This document shows positions 7,623-15,313 of a stretch of DNA of 44,733 bases, piece after piece. Position 1 is the stretch's first letter. Every line of letters starts with the position of its first letter. The notes under the pieces are model-generated. The model made no database searches and had not been told where the DNA came from. It saw nothing but the letters and a program-made list of their open reading frames with translations. The stretch covers positions 1 to 44,733 of the forward strand of contig JBJYWX010000209.1 in NCBI GenBank assembly GCA_046259695.1, given 5' to 3'. The DNA comes from Candidatus Promineifilaceae bacterium (GTDB taxonomy: Bacteria; Chloroflexota; Anaerolineae; Promineifilales; Promineifilaceae). The translations under genes were made by a program, and so were the position numbers.

Positions 7623-8271
7623 AAAGATACGTATTTTCCTCGCTGACGATCACACCGTGGTGCGCAAGGGACTGGAAACCCTCATCAGCACACAAAGTGA
7701 TATGCAGGTCGTAGGCACGGCCGTGGACGGCGTGGAAGCGGTGGACCGGATCTTACATCTGCAACCTGACGTTATCTTGCTCGACATACAGATGCCCCGC
7801 AAAAACGGCGTGGAGGCAATCAGCGAAATTAGAGCCCAATTACCTGATGCCCATATCCTGGTCCTAACCAGCTTCAGCGAAGATGATACTGTTTTTGCGG
7901 CGATAAAAGCGGGGGCATTGGGCTACTTGCTCAAGGACTCCTCATCGGGCGAGTTGATCCAGGCCATCCGCAATGTCCATCAGGGGCGCTCCTCGCTCCA
8001 TCCCGACGTGGCGCTCAAGGTTATCCACGAACTGAATAAACCGGCGCCAGAACTGCCTCTTACAGAAGAACCTCTCACTGAGCGTGAAGTTGAAGTGGTA
8101 CGCCTGGTAGCGCGCGGTTTCTCCAACCAGGCGATAGCCGAACAACTCGTGGTCAGCGAACGCACGGTACGCACCCACATCAGCAACATTCTCAGCAAAC
8201 TGCATTTGGCCAATCGCACCCAGGCCGCTCTCTACGCGCTTCGGCAAGGCCTTGCCAGCCTGGATGACTGA
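7615..8271 (+). CDS. NarL/FixJ-family response regulator (receiver + LuxR-type HTH)
   Basis: The start overlaps the kinase stop by 8 nt (ATGAGTGA). Receiver motifs LADDH, ILLDIQMP, LVLTS and YLLKD. HTH LTEREVEVVRLVARGFSNQAIAEQLVVSERTVRTHISNILSKL. Confidence 0.9.
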   Translation: MSEKIRIFLADDHTVVRKGLETLISTQSDMQVVGTAVDGVEAVDRILHLQPDVILLDIQMPRKNGVEAISEIRAQLPDAHILVLTSFSEDDTVFAAIKAGALGYLLKDSSSGELIQAIRNVHQGRSSLHPDVALKVIHELNKPAPELPLTEEPLTEREVEVVRLVARGFSNQAIAEQLVVSERTVRTHISNILSKLHLANRTQAALYALRQGLASLDD

Positions 8272-8289
8272 GCCCCACTGAGCTTAATT

Positions 8290-8331
8290 TACGTCATTTG
8301 TCGTAATGAGTTTCCCAACATTTCGCCGATG
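8290..8331. promoter_or_regulatory. Bipartite motif copy C: TACGTCA-TT-TGTCGTA (8290..8305) plus box 2 AACATTTCGCCGATG (8317..8331)
   Basis: The palindrome halves are 6/7 complementary. Box 2 starts 11 nt after the palindrome, as in copy B. The motif lies directly after the RR gene and about 110 nt upstream of the third LysW-like gene. Confidence 0.45.
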
Positions 8332-8413
8332 TGCCGCCAAATTGCAGTGACTATGATTGGTGTAACGTTTTGTTGTCTCTATACGATCTTGTTTGTTTGA
8401 GGAGATGGCCGTC

Positions 8414-8623
8414 ATGGCAAAGTCAATATCAAAAGTATTGATTGCCGAGTGTCCTGAGTGCGAGTCCCACATTCGCTTCCATCGGAGCCTGCGTCTAGGT
8501 GAGATTGTAACTTGCCCGGAGTGCAGTGAACGTTTGGAAGTGAGCCAGTTGAATCCGCTGGAACTTGACTGGGCGTTCGACGATTATGATGAAAATGACG
8601 ACAATTACGATTCGTGGAATTGA
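8414..8623 (+). CDS. LysW-fold zinc-ribbon mini-protein with acidic tail (paralog 3)
   Basis: The ORF track starts at TTG 8393. SD GAGGAG (8399..8404) abuts ATG 8405 and is 9 nt before ATG 8414, so 8414 is the better-spaced start (8405 remains possible). CPEC...(17 aa)...CPEC is followed by RLEVSQLNPLELDW. The tail AFDDYDENDDNYDSWN ends in Asn. Confidence 0.7.
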   Translation: MAKSISKVLIAECPECESHIRFHRSLRLGEIVTCPECSERLEVSQLNPLELDWAFDDYDENDDNYDSWN

Positions 8624-8663
8624 TTCATAATCCCCCCAGTAAAGTAGGCTAGATTCACTGGAG

Positions 8664-8695
8664 AGGGCCATCGCATTCGTGAGGTGGCCTTTTTT
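8664..8695 (+). terminator. Rho-independent terminator after LysW-like paralog 3
   Basis: 9-bp stem (8664..8672 with 8683..8691, two G-U pairs), 10-nt loop, then a T-run continuing to 8695. Confidence 0.55.
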
Positions 8696-8960
8696 GGTTA
8701 TTAATCGCATTTTGCGGCACGATTTCCTCATTCATGTAAGCAGGCAGGCTCGAACCATTTGGCCCCTCCTCCACCGGCCGTTGCACCTGCTTCTATCCTA
8801 GTATTTTCATCCCCAGAGCTTAGCAAACCGACAGCTTAGCATGCCGACCAGGCGCCCTACGCCCGGTACCGTGCCTAATTCAATTGCCACCCCGTGCCGG
8901 GAACCAATGCCGGGCACGAAGCGTCTTAAGAAGCACATATCCAAAATAGGAGAGATTATC

Positions 8961-9698
8961 ATGAACAAGAAACTTGCCGTAATCGCAATGGGCTTGTTAG
9001 CTATGGCCGGAATGCTGGTCGGCTGCGCCACGCCGGTCGAGGCCAACGCCGCCAATGCTCAGGAACCGCCCAATGGTGACAAGAGTATCACCGTCATTGG
9101 CCAGGGTGAGGCTCTTGGCCAGCCGGACCGCGCCCAGGTCACATTAGGCGTTGAGATCTTCGCCCCAACCGTTGGTGAAGCGACAGCGCAGAATGAAGAG
9201 ACAATTCAGGCCATTATGGCCGCGCTGGTTGAAATGGGTGTGGCCCGCACGGACGTCCAGACGGCAAATTACGGCCTCTGGGCAGAACAGAAATATGGTG
9301 ATCAGGGTCCGGAAGGGATTGCTGGCTATCACGTCACGAATCAGCTAAACACAACCATCCGTGACGTAGATCAGTTGGGCCCTGTTCTGGAAGCTGTCAT
9401 TGAAGCCGGGGCCAATAGTATCCAGGGCGTCTCTTTCAGTGTATCCGATCCGGCCCGGCTGGAAGCCGAGGCTCGTGCCGCGGCCATGGCGGACGCACGG
9501 GCACGGGCCGAGTCATTGGCCGAATTGGCCGGCGTTGAACTGGGCGAAATCCGGATCATCAACGAGGTCATGAGCCAGCCGGGTTACCCACTCCAGGGAA
9601 TGGGTGGCGTCGCCTTTGACCAGGCATCTGAACCCAGTTTCTCGCCCGGCCAACTGCGCCATCAGATGCAGGTGCAGGTAACCTTCGCCATCAATTAA
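8961..9698 (+). CDS. SIMPL/DUF541-family lipoprotein (YggE-like)
   Basis: SD AGGAGAG (8948..8954) precedes ATG 8961; the 8841 extension in the ORF track has no support. Lipobox MNKKLAVIAMGLLAMAGMLVGC. Body ITVIGQGEA...PDRAQVTLGVE...ANYGLW...GYHVTNQL...ANSIQGVSFSV...ARAAAMADARARAESLA is typical of SIMPL domain proteins. Confidence 0.75.
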   Translation: MNKKLAVIAMGLLAMAGMLVGCATPVEANAANAQEPPNGDKSITVIGQGEALGQPDRAQVTLGVEIFAPTVGEATAQNEETIQAIMAALVEMGVARTDVQTANYGLWAEQKYGDQGPEGIAGYHVTNQLNTTIRDVDQLGPVLEAVIEAGANSIQGVSFSVSDPARLEAEARAAAMADARARAESLAELAGVELGEIRIINEVMSQPGYPLQGMGGVAFDQASEPSFSPGQLRHQMQVQVTFAIN

Positions 9699-9722
9699 AA
9701 GACTCACTCAGACACAATCCGA

Positions 9723-9767
9723 GGAGCTCCTTTTGGCCGTTTGCGAAAGAGGAGTTCCTTGGTGTTT
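9723..9767 (+). terminator. Possible terminator after the SIMPL gene
   Basis: GGAGCTCCTTTT (9723..9734) pairs with AAAGAGGAGTTCC (9746..9758): 12 bp with one bulge and one G-U. It is followed by TTGGTGTTT. Confidence 0.4.
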
Positions 9768-9816
9768 GGAACCCGGCAAAAGAAAGAATCCAGGCATAAG
9801 CCTTATCTTCTTGCGC

Positions 9817-9845
9817 TTGTAACCGCCAACAGGACAAGCTATACT
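9817..9845 (+). promoter_or_regulatory. Candidate sigma70-type promoter TTGTAA-17-TATACT
   Basis: The -35 is at 9817..9822 (4/6), the spacer is exactly 17 nt, and the -10 is at 9840..9845 (5/6). This implies a ~110-nt leader containing two hairpins (GGCGC-TCCCCT-GCGCC and CTTTGC-TGCTT-GCAAAG). No SD is visible before ATG 9961. Confidence 0.45.
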
Positions 9846-9960
9846 GCCCGTCGAGCACACATTTAGATTAAAAGGCGCTCCCCTGCGCCCAATGAATGGT
9901 TCTACATGCTCCAAGGGGGTTTCCACTTTGCTGCTTGCAAAGCGGACACGCAACTGAATC

Positions 9961-11142
9961 ATGACCACGCCGCCCCAACCTGTGGAACAGAACCCGGGCC
10001 GGGAAAGTAAGGCACCAACTCAACCACCCGCTGCGGAACCGGCAGCAAGCGTGCCGGGTATTTCGCAGGACGATCTGGCGTCGCGCCCCAAAGCTGTATG
10101 GCAGCGAATCGCCTGGGCGAAGATCGCCCTGTTCCTTTTCAGCTTGCTGCTCTTTATCCTGGCCTTGATGCTGATGAAAGAGGGCGCCAAAGGCCTGGCG
10201 CCATACCTCGACGGTCGAGGGATAATAGGCAATGCGGCCAACAGCCTTGGCTTTGGCTGGCTCTTCGCTTACGCGGTGATGAGCGGATCGCCGGTAGCCG
10301 CCTCAGCGTTAACATTCCTGGACGCCGGAATCCTTAACCAGGCGCAGGCCTTCACCATGATAAGCGGGAGCCGTTTGGGCTCAAGCCTCATCGTGTTGAT
10401 CATTGGCTTTCTATATGTCTTGCGCGGCCGGGACCGCGCGACCAGCCTTGGCGCCGGGCTGCTCTCATTCACTGTCACCGGTACGCTGCATATGGGTGTC
10501 CTGCTGTTCGGCCTGGTCGTTTTGCGCAATCCGCGGCTGCAGATCGTTCCCTCTGGTGAGGGCATGCTCCTTAACGGTCTGACCGGCGCTTTCCTGGACC
10601 CGATCGTCGCCCTTGCGGCGGCACGGCTTCCTCCTTGGGCCCTGTTTCTAGCCGGCCTGCTGATCATACTTGGCAGCTTTAGCCTGTTCGATCGCTGTTT
10701 GCCGCAGATGACCCTGCAGGAAAGCCAATTCAGCCGGGTGGCGCGCCTCGTATACAAACCGATGGTCATGTTTCTTCTGGGCTGCGCCATCACGTTGCTC
10801 TCCATGTCGGTCAGCGTTTCGCTGACGCTGCTGGTGCCTTTGAGCCAGCGTGGTTTTGTACGCCGCGAGAATTTCGTCCCATACATCATGGGCGCCAACG
10901 TTACCACCTTTATCGATACGCTCTTCGCGGCGTTCATGTTGAGTAACCCGGCAGCGGTTACTGTGGTGGTCACACAGATGATCGGCGTCAGCTTGACCTC
11001 GGCCGTGATCCTGCTATTCTTTTTCCGCGGTTATGAACGCCTCCTGCTGGTCTTCTCGGCGTGGGTAACAGCTTCAAACCGGCACATTATCTACTTTATG
11101 GTCATTATAATTACCGTTCCAATCTTACTGGTACTGCTATGA
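9961..11142 (+). CDS. Polytopic membrane protein, divergent Na+/Pi-cotransporter (NptA, PF02690-like) family
   Basis: There are two internal repeats. Each has a Ser-rich helix followed by a G-x-N/R-hGT/SS-like motif: MSGSPVAASALTFLDAGILNQAQAFTMISGSRLGSS and LSMSVSVSLTLLVPLSQRGF...YIMGANVTTFIDT. This resembles the QSSSA...GANIGTT repeats of Na/Pi cotransporter-like proteins. The similarity is judged by eye only. Confidence 0.4.
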   Translation: MTTPPQPVEQNPGRESKAPTQPPAAEPAASVPGISQDDLASRPKAVWQRIAWAKIALFLFSLLLFILALMLMKEGAKGLAPYLDGRGIIGNAANSLGFGWLFAYAVMSGSPVAASALTFLDAGILNQAQAFTMISGSRLGSSLIVLIIGFLYVLRGRDRATSLGAGLLSFTVTGTLHMGVLLFGLVVLRNPRLQIVPSGEGMLLNGLTGAFLDPIVALAAARLPPWALFLAGLLIILGSFSLFDRCLPQMTLQESQFSRVARLVYKPMVMFLLGCAITLLSMSVSVSLTLLVPLSQRGFVRRENFVPYIMGANVTTFIDTLFAAFMLSNPAAVTVVVTQMIGVSLTSAVILLFFFRGYERLLLVFSAWVTASNRHIIYFMVIIITVPILLVLL

Positions 11143-11969
11143 AACCGTTGAATATACTGGTCTCTACCGGCGGCGGACTACATTCGGATCAGGCCCTCCT
11201 GGCGGCGGTAAATTTGGCGCGCAGCCTAGACGGCACAATCACCGTGTTGACTGTGGTCGAGAACGAGTCGGAGCGATCCGCAGGTCTTGCCATTGTGGAG
11301 CAGGCGGCAGCACTGCTGGAAGAGACCGGCTTTTCAGCATCGGCGAAGGTAGTTGTGGGACCAAGAGTAGCAAGCATCGTCCGCGAAGCGGACAGTGGCC
11401 AGTATGATATGCTCGTTATCGGCCAGCGCCCTGGCCATGGACTCCTGACGCGCATCCTCGGTCCCTTAACGCTGCAAGTGGTCGAACAGGTCCACCTGCC
11501 GGTATTCATCACCAATGCGCCGTTCACCTCGCTTCGGCACCTGCTGCTGTGTGACAGTGGCGGCAGCCAGGTCCCTTTGTTGGACCGGCTTTTCGCACAG
11601 TTACCACAGCTCGTTGAGGCGGCTCATCACATGACAGTACTGCACGTCATGTCGCAGATGTCGGCTGCACCAGGGATCAACGGGCAGGATCTACGGGCCA
11701 CGGCCGAAGAACTGATGGCCCACCACGCGCGTGAGGGAGAACTGCTGGAACAAGATTTACAGAAGCTGGCTCAAATGCACGTACAGCCGCAGCCGTTGGT
11801 ACGGCATGGGCTGGTGGTGGATGAAATTGTAGATGAAGCAAAACAGGGCGCCTATGACCTGGTGATCATCGGCGCCCATGAACAGGGCAAATGGCCACGT
11901 TTTCTACTAGATGACCTGGCCGGCCAGATTATTCAGCAGATCGAGCGTTCCGTCCTCGTAATCCGCTAG
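11139..11969 (+). CDS. Tandem universal stress protein (2 x UspA domain)
   Basis: ATG 11139 overlaps the upstream stop (ATGA), indicating translational coupling; the 11061 extension in the ORF track is unsupported. MKPLNILVSTGGG...YDMLVIGQRPG...PVFI, then LLLCDSGG...YDLVIIGAHEQ...SVLVIR. Two Usp-like alpha/beta units. Confidence 0.7.
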   Translation: MKPLNILVSTGGGLHSDQALLAAVNLARSLDGTITVLTVVENESERSAGLAIVEQAAALLEETGFSASAKVVVGPRVASIVREADSGQYDMLVIGQRPGHGLLTRILGPLTLQVVEQVHLPVFITNAPFTSLRHLLLCDSGGSQVPLLDRLFAQLPQLVEAAHHMTVLHVMSQMSAAPGINGQDLRATAEELMAHHAREGELLEQDLQKLAQMHVQPQPLVRHGLVVDEIVDEAKQGAYDLVIIGAHEQGKWPRFLLDDLAGQIIQQIERSVLVIR

Positions 11970-11982
11970 CAAAGAGACCGCC

Positions 11983-14900
11983 TTATTCGGCATCCAATAA
12001 AGGTATTCGGGCGTAGTCAGCGGCCGTCTGCTCCGCCTGGTTAGTTTCCACCGGAACAAAATCGGATAACCACGCTTCTTGCTGTCCTGCTTCCGGCCAC
12101 ACCAGATCCATCACCCGAGTATAGTTTGCAGCAGCCGGTGGCGCGCCGCCGATTTTCCACTGCTCGGCCGCGCCGGGCAGCACATCACGTACGCGCATCA
12201 CACCGCCGCTGGGATATCCTTCCTGGCTGAGGGCCATTGCCGCAAATCGCCAATTCTGCGGATCGTCACCCAGAATCGCTTTCGGCACGCGCAGCGTCAC
12301 TTTACGCAAGTCAGGATCAACGAGCACGTCAAATTCGCTGGAGGAGCCGATCTGCTGCGGCCCTTCCACTCCCGGCGTATAGATACCTGACGTCCATCCT
12401 TCGGACGTCACGGCGTAGTCCCAGCGCATACCCTCATCAAGAGCCAGATTGCGCCCGGGCAGCAGCGCTTCGCCGCCCTGACCGTCACCGTCCGTGTCGA
12501 TATAGACATCGAGCGTTTGCAGCGAGAGGCCATTGGGCGAGTCCCACACATTCTCCACTGGACCATGCAGGGTGAACTTGAACACGATATCGCTTTCGGT
12601 GCTACCCACCTGGAAATCGGTTAGGTCGAAATTGCCGCTGCTAAAGATACTGTCTGTCGGATAGATATAGGTGCCCGGACCGTGGTCATCCCCTTCAGGA
12701 TCAGCCACCTCAAGCACCAGCTCAGTAGTGCCCAGATCGGGCACCACTATCGTCGCCGGTCCCGCAAAGGGCAGACGTTCCAGCTCCGCCAGCGCACCGC
12801 CCATGGGAATTAGTTGCAGTACGCGCAGATTGAGGCGTGACCCTTCATCAACTGGTCCAAGAGCTGTCAGGGGAACAGCCATTTCGATCGCGCCGTCACC
12901 AACGGCGATCGTTCCGCTGCTGCCGCCGGCAAAATCAACCTGCGCCGGGCTTCCCCCTTCGACGCTGGCTGCAGAGATCCATTCGTCCTCTTCAGGAACA
13001 TAATAGGACACAGCGACAAGCGCCTGGTCATCAAAGCTCAAATCGATTAGTCCAATCGCCGGAAAGCCGAGGTTGGAACCCCCACGGCCAAAATTGCTGC
13101 CCTGGATTGCACCCGGCGCCTGGAAATAGACTTGGATAGTGGATGGGGCATCAGACCAGGCGTAGTTGGGATTGGTGTTTACGGCCAGGTAGAGGTTCTG
13201 GCCGTCAAAACCGTAGAGCAAGCTGTCGAAGCTTGACTGGGCGGCAGCCATCGCGCCGCCGGAGGCCAGGTACTGCCCGCTTCCCTCCCATTCCCCAGCA
13301 GAGACAATGCCATCGATCGTAGGGCTGATCAGCCTACTGGCGCTGCGGTCGGCCGTAACCGCCAGCTCGGGGATGATAGGAACGTCGAGGAACTTTGGCG
13401 GCTCTTCGCCCAATGCGAGATAAACCTGTTTGAGTGTGCTGCGATACTGTTGATCGAAGGATCCGTCATCACTTGAGGTCTGGTCCGCACCATACCACCA
13501 AAACCAGTCAGAGCCTTCGGCGTACATCATCGCCTCTATCGCCGCGGCCAATTGCGCTTCCGTTACCCTGCCCTGGCGGGTCCCGCTGATGTATTGCTGC
13601 AAGAAAGCCCGCACCGTGGCAAGATAATCCCAGGCGCGATTCTCCTCCTCTTCGCCAATCCAGGTCGAAAAGTCAGCGTTGATCCAAGAACCGGCATACA
13701 GCTTCTCGATTAGCGGCGGCTGCGGCGCCAGGGCTAAGAATTCGCTCGGCGTTACCGTTTTGATAAGAGGGTCGTCACTCAACAGCCGGTAAAGCGTATG
13801 CAGAAATTCTTTGCCGTCGTTCTCGTAATACTCCCAGGCGTTTTCGCCATCAAGGATAACGGAAACCAGGTGCGGGCCTTCCGCGCCGCTTGCCTCTAAC
13901 TGTTCGTGAATGGCATGGATCCTGGCTACGAAATCGGCGGCGGCCCGCTCGCCCGGCTGGCCGGAGTAGGTAAAGCCGACCTTGTCCGAAATGGCGGCGT
14001 CGCGAAAGATGATCGCCACCTCGTCACCGCGCGCGCCGTCGACCAGATAGGGGCGGTACAACTGGCCAGCTTCGACCACAGTCTCGGCGCTGTTGCGCGT
14101 GAAACTGTTCAGACCCAGGCTCTTGGCCAGCACACCTTCGTCGCTGGCCATCCATTGAATACCACTGCGGCCGACCATGGTCACGATCTCTTCAGCGACA
14201 GCGCCCTCCGCGGGCCACATGCCACGGGGCGCACGACCGAATTTCTCCTCGTATTGAGCTACGCCACGTTCAACCTGTGCCATAGCATCCTGGCCGTAAA
14301 TGAATGGTTCTGCCGGCAGTTCAATATCGGGCAGCGCCTCGCGCGCCAGGTCTGTACTGACTAACAGGGGCAAAATGGGATGGGCAAATGGCGTGGTTGT
14401 CACCTCAATCTGGCCCGCATCCTGCAGCGTCCTATGCAGCGGCACAACTTCCTCAATGAGGCGCAGGTGTTCCGCCAGGATGATCGCCTTGTCCGCCTCA
14501 TCAAAACCGCTGCCTTTAGCTACCAGTCCGGCCAGCGGCTCCGCTGCCAGCCAGTCGGGATCAGTCCAGGCCAGATTGAATAGTATCTGCAGATCGCGAT
14601 AATCGCCGGTCGTGAATTCATTAAGCGCATCCTCACTCGCGTCGCGCCTGGCCAACAACTCCGCGTAACGCGGGAAGCGCTCAATAATGCGGCGGTTGGT
14701 GTCAAAGAAGCGATCGAGAATGAACTGCTTTTGCTCGTCAGTCAGCTCTTCGGCCGGAATTTCCGTGTGCATCCAGTAGCTGTCCCTGGCGCCTGCAGCG
14801 AAGTCATCAAGTTGGGCAATGAGGCTGGGAGTCAGGTTGAAGGTGGCGTGGATATCCGGGTAGGCTTCGAGGATTGCCGCCATATCGACGTAATCCTTGG

Positions 14901-15219
14901 CGGCGTGCATGCGCACCCACGGCCGTTCATAAACATTTGTTTCCAGATCCTTATAGTAAACCGGCTGGTGCTGGTGCCAGATGATCGAGAGATAGAGCGG
15001 TTCTTCCGGCGGTGCTGTTGGCGCCGGCGCCTCGGCCGATGCAGTCACGGCCAGTTCTGGCGCCGGTACATCGGCCGGCGGCGCACTCCCTGTTGAAGCT
15101 GTGTCCGCAGGGAAGGCGGCCGTGGGCATCGCTTCGTCCTGGCGCACGCATCCTGCTATAGACAAAGCGGCCAGTACAAGCAGGGCAGCGAGCAGGCGCT
15201 TGCATCTCCAATCCATCAT
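11983..15219 (-). CDS. Extracellular GH57 alpha-glucan hydrolase (amylopullulanase/alpha-amylase-like) lipoprotein with glucodextranase-type C-terminal domain
   Basis: All five GH57 regions are present: IIWHQHQPVYY, GQIEVTTTPFAHPILPLL, GMWPAEGAV (nucleophile Glu), ILDGENAWEYY (acid/base Asp) and AEGSDWFWWYG. Lipobox LAALSIAGC. The C-terminal GDDHGPGTYIYPTD...GNFDLTDFQV...LDVYIDTDGDG is like the glucodextranase C-terminal module. SD GGGAGGA favours ATG 15219 (or 15216) over ORF-track 15240. Confidence 0.85.
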   Translation of the reverse strand: MMDWRCKRLLAALLVLAALSIAGCVRQDEAMPTAAFPADTASTGSAPPADVPAPELAVTASAEAPAPTAPPEEPLYLSIIWHQHQPVYYKDLETNVYERPWVRMHAAKDYVDMAAILEAYPDIHATFNLTPSLIAQLDDFAAGARDSYWMHTEIPAEELTDEQKQFILDRFFDTNRRIIERFPRYAELLARRDASEDALNEFTTGDYRDLQILFNLAWTDPDWLAAEPLAGLVAKGSGFDEADKAIILAEHLRLIEEVVPLHRTLQDAGQIEVTTTPFAHPILPLLVSTDLAREALPDIELPAEPFIYGQDAMAQVERGVAQYEEKFGRAPRGMWPAEGAVAEEIVTMVGRSGIQWMASDEGVLAKSLGLNSFTRNSAETVVEAGQLYRPYLVDGARGDEVAIIFRDAAISDKVGFTYSGQPGERAAADFVARIHAIHEQLEASGAEGPHLVSVILDGENAWEYYENDGKEFLHTLYRLLSDDPLIKTVTPSEFLALAPQPPLIEKLYAGSWINADFSTWIGEEEENRAWDYLATVRAFLQQYISGTRQGRVTEAQLAAAIEAMMYAEGSDWFWWYGADQTSSDDGSFDQQYRSTLKQVYLALGEEPPKFLDVPIIPELAVTADRSASRLISPTIDGIVSAGEWEGSGQYLASGGAMAAAQSSFDSLLYGFDGQNLYLAVNTNPNYAWSDAPSTIQVYFQAPGAIQGSNFGRGGSNLGFPAIGLIDLSFDDQALVAVSYYVPEEDEWISAASVEGGSPAQVDFAGGSSGTIAVGDGAIEMAVPLTALGPVDEGSRLNLRVLQLIPMGGALAELERLPFAGPATIVVPDLGTTELVLEVADPEGDDHGPGTYIYPTDSIFSSGNFDLTDFQVGSTESDIVFKFTLHGPVENVWDSPNGLSLQTLDVYIDTDGDGQGGEALLPGRNLALDEGMRWDYAVTSEGWTSGIYTPGVEGPQQIGSSSEFDVLVDPDLRKVTLRVPKAILGDDPQNWRFAAMALSQEGYPSGGVMRVRDVLPGAAEQWKIGGAPPAAANYTRVMDLVWPEAGQQEAWLSDFVPVETNQAEQTAADYARIPLLDAE

Positions 15220-15260
15220 GTTTCCTCCCAGGAATATCATATAGGGGCTCTAAACAGAAA

Positions 15261-15291
15261 GGCCCCGCAGATTGGGTAAATCTGCGGGGCC
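15261..15291 (-). terminator. Strong hairpin/intrinsic terminator between the permease gene and the GH57 gene
   Basis: Perfect 12-bp stem GGCCCCGCAGAT / ATCTGCGGGGCC with a 7-nt loop. On the minus-strand RNA it is followed by UUUCUGUUU. It lies only about 40 nt upstream of the GH57 start, so it may act as an attenuator or mRNA-stabilising element rather than a full stop. Confidence 0.55.
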
Positions 15292-15313
15292 GGGGCATTC
15301 GAGTTTGCGCAGC

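Noticed and set aside
4129-8623. Annotating the three zinc-ribbon ORFs as genuine lysine-biosynthesis carrier protein LysW
   Set aside because: No lysX/lysZ/lysY/lysJ/lysK-like genes occur in the window. None of the three proteins ends with the EDWGE-type C-terminal Glu that carries the substrate. Only fold-level relatedness is claimed.
10269-10973. Long antisense ORFs opposite well-supported genes: 10269..10973 (234 aa), 18038..18712 (224 aa), 18750..19319, 20083..20808 (241 aa), 39166..39693, 43298..43858, 24748..25236 and many shorter ones
   Set aside because: They lie on the opposite strand of CDSs with clear family motifs. They have Arg/Pro/Ser/Gly-rich shadow-ORF composition typical of GC-rich DNA. 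They lack RBSs and recognisable motifs.
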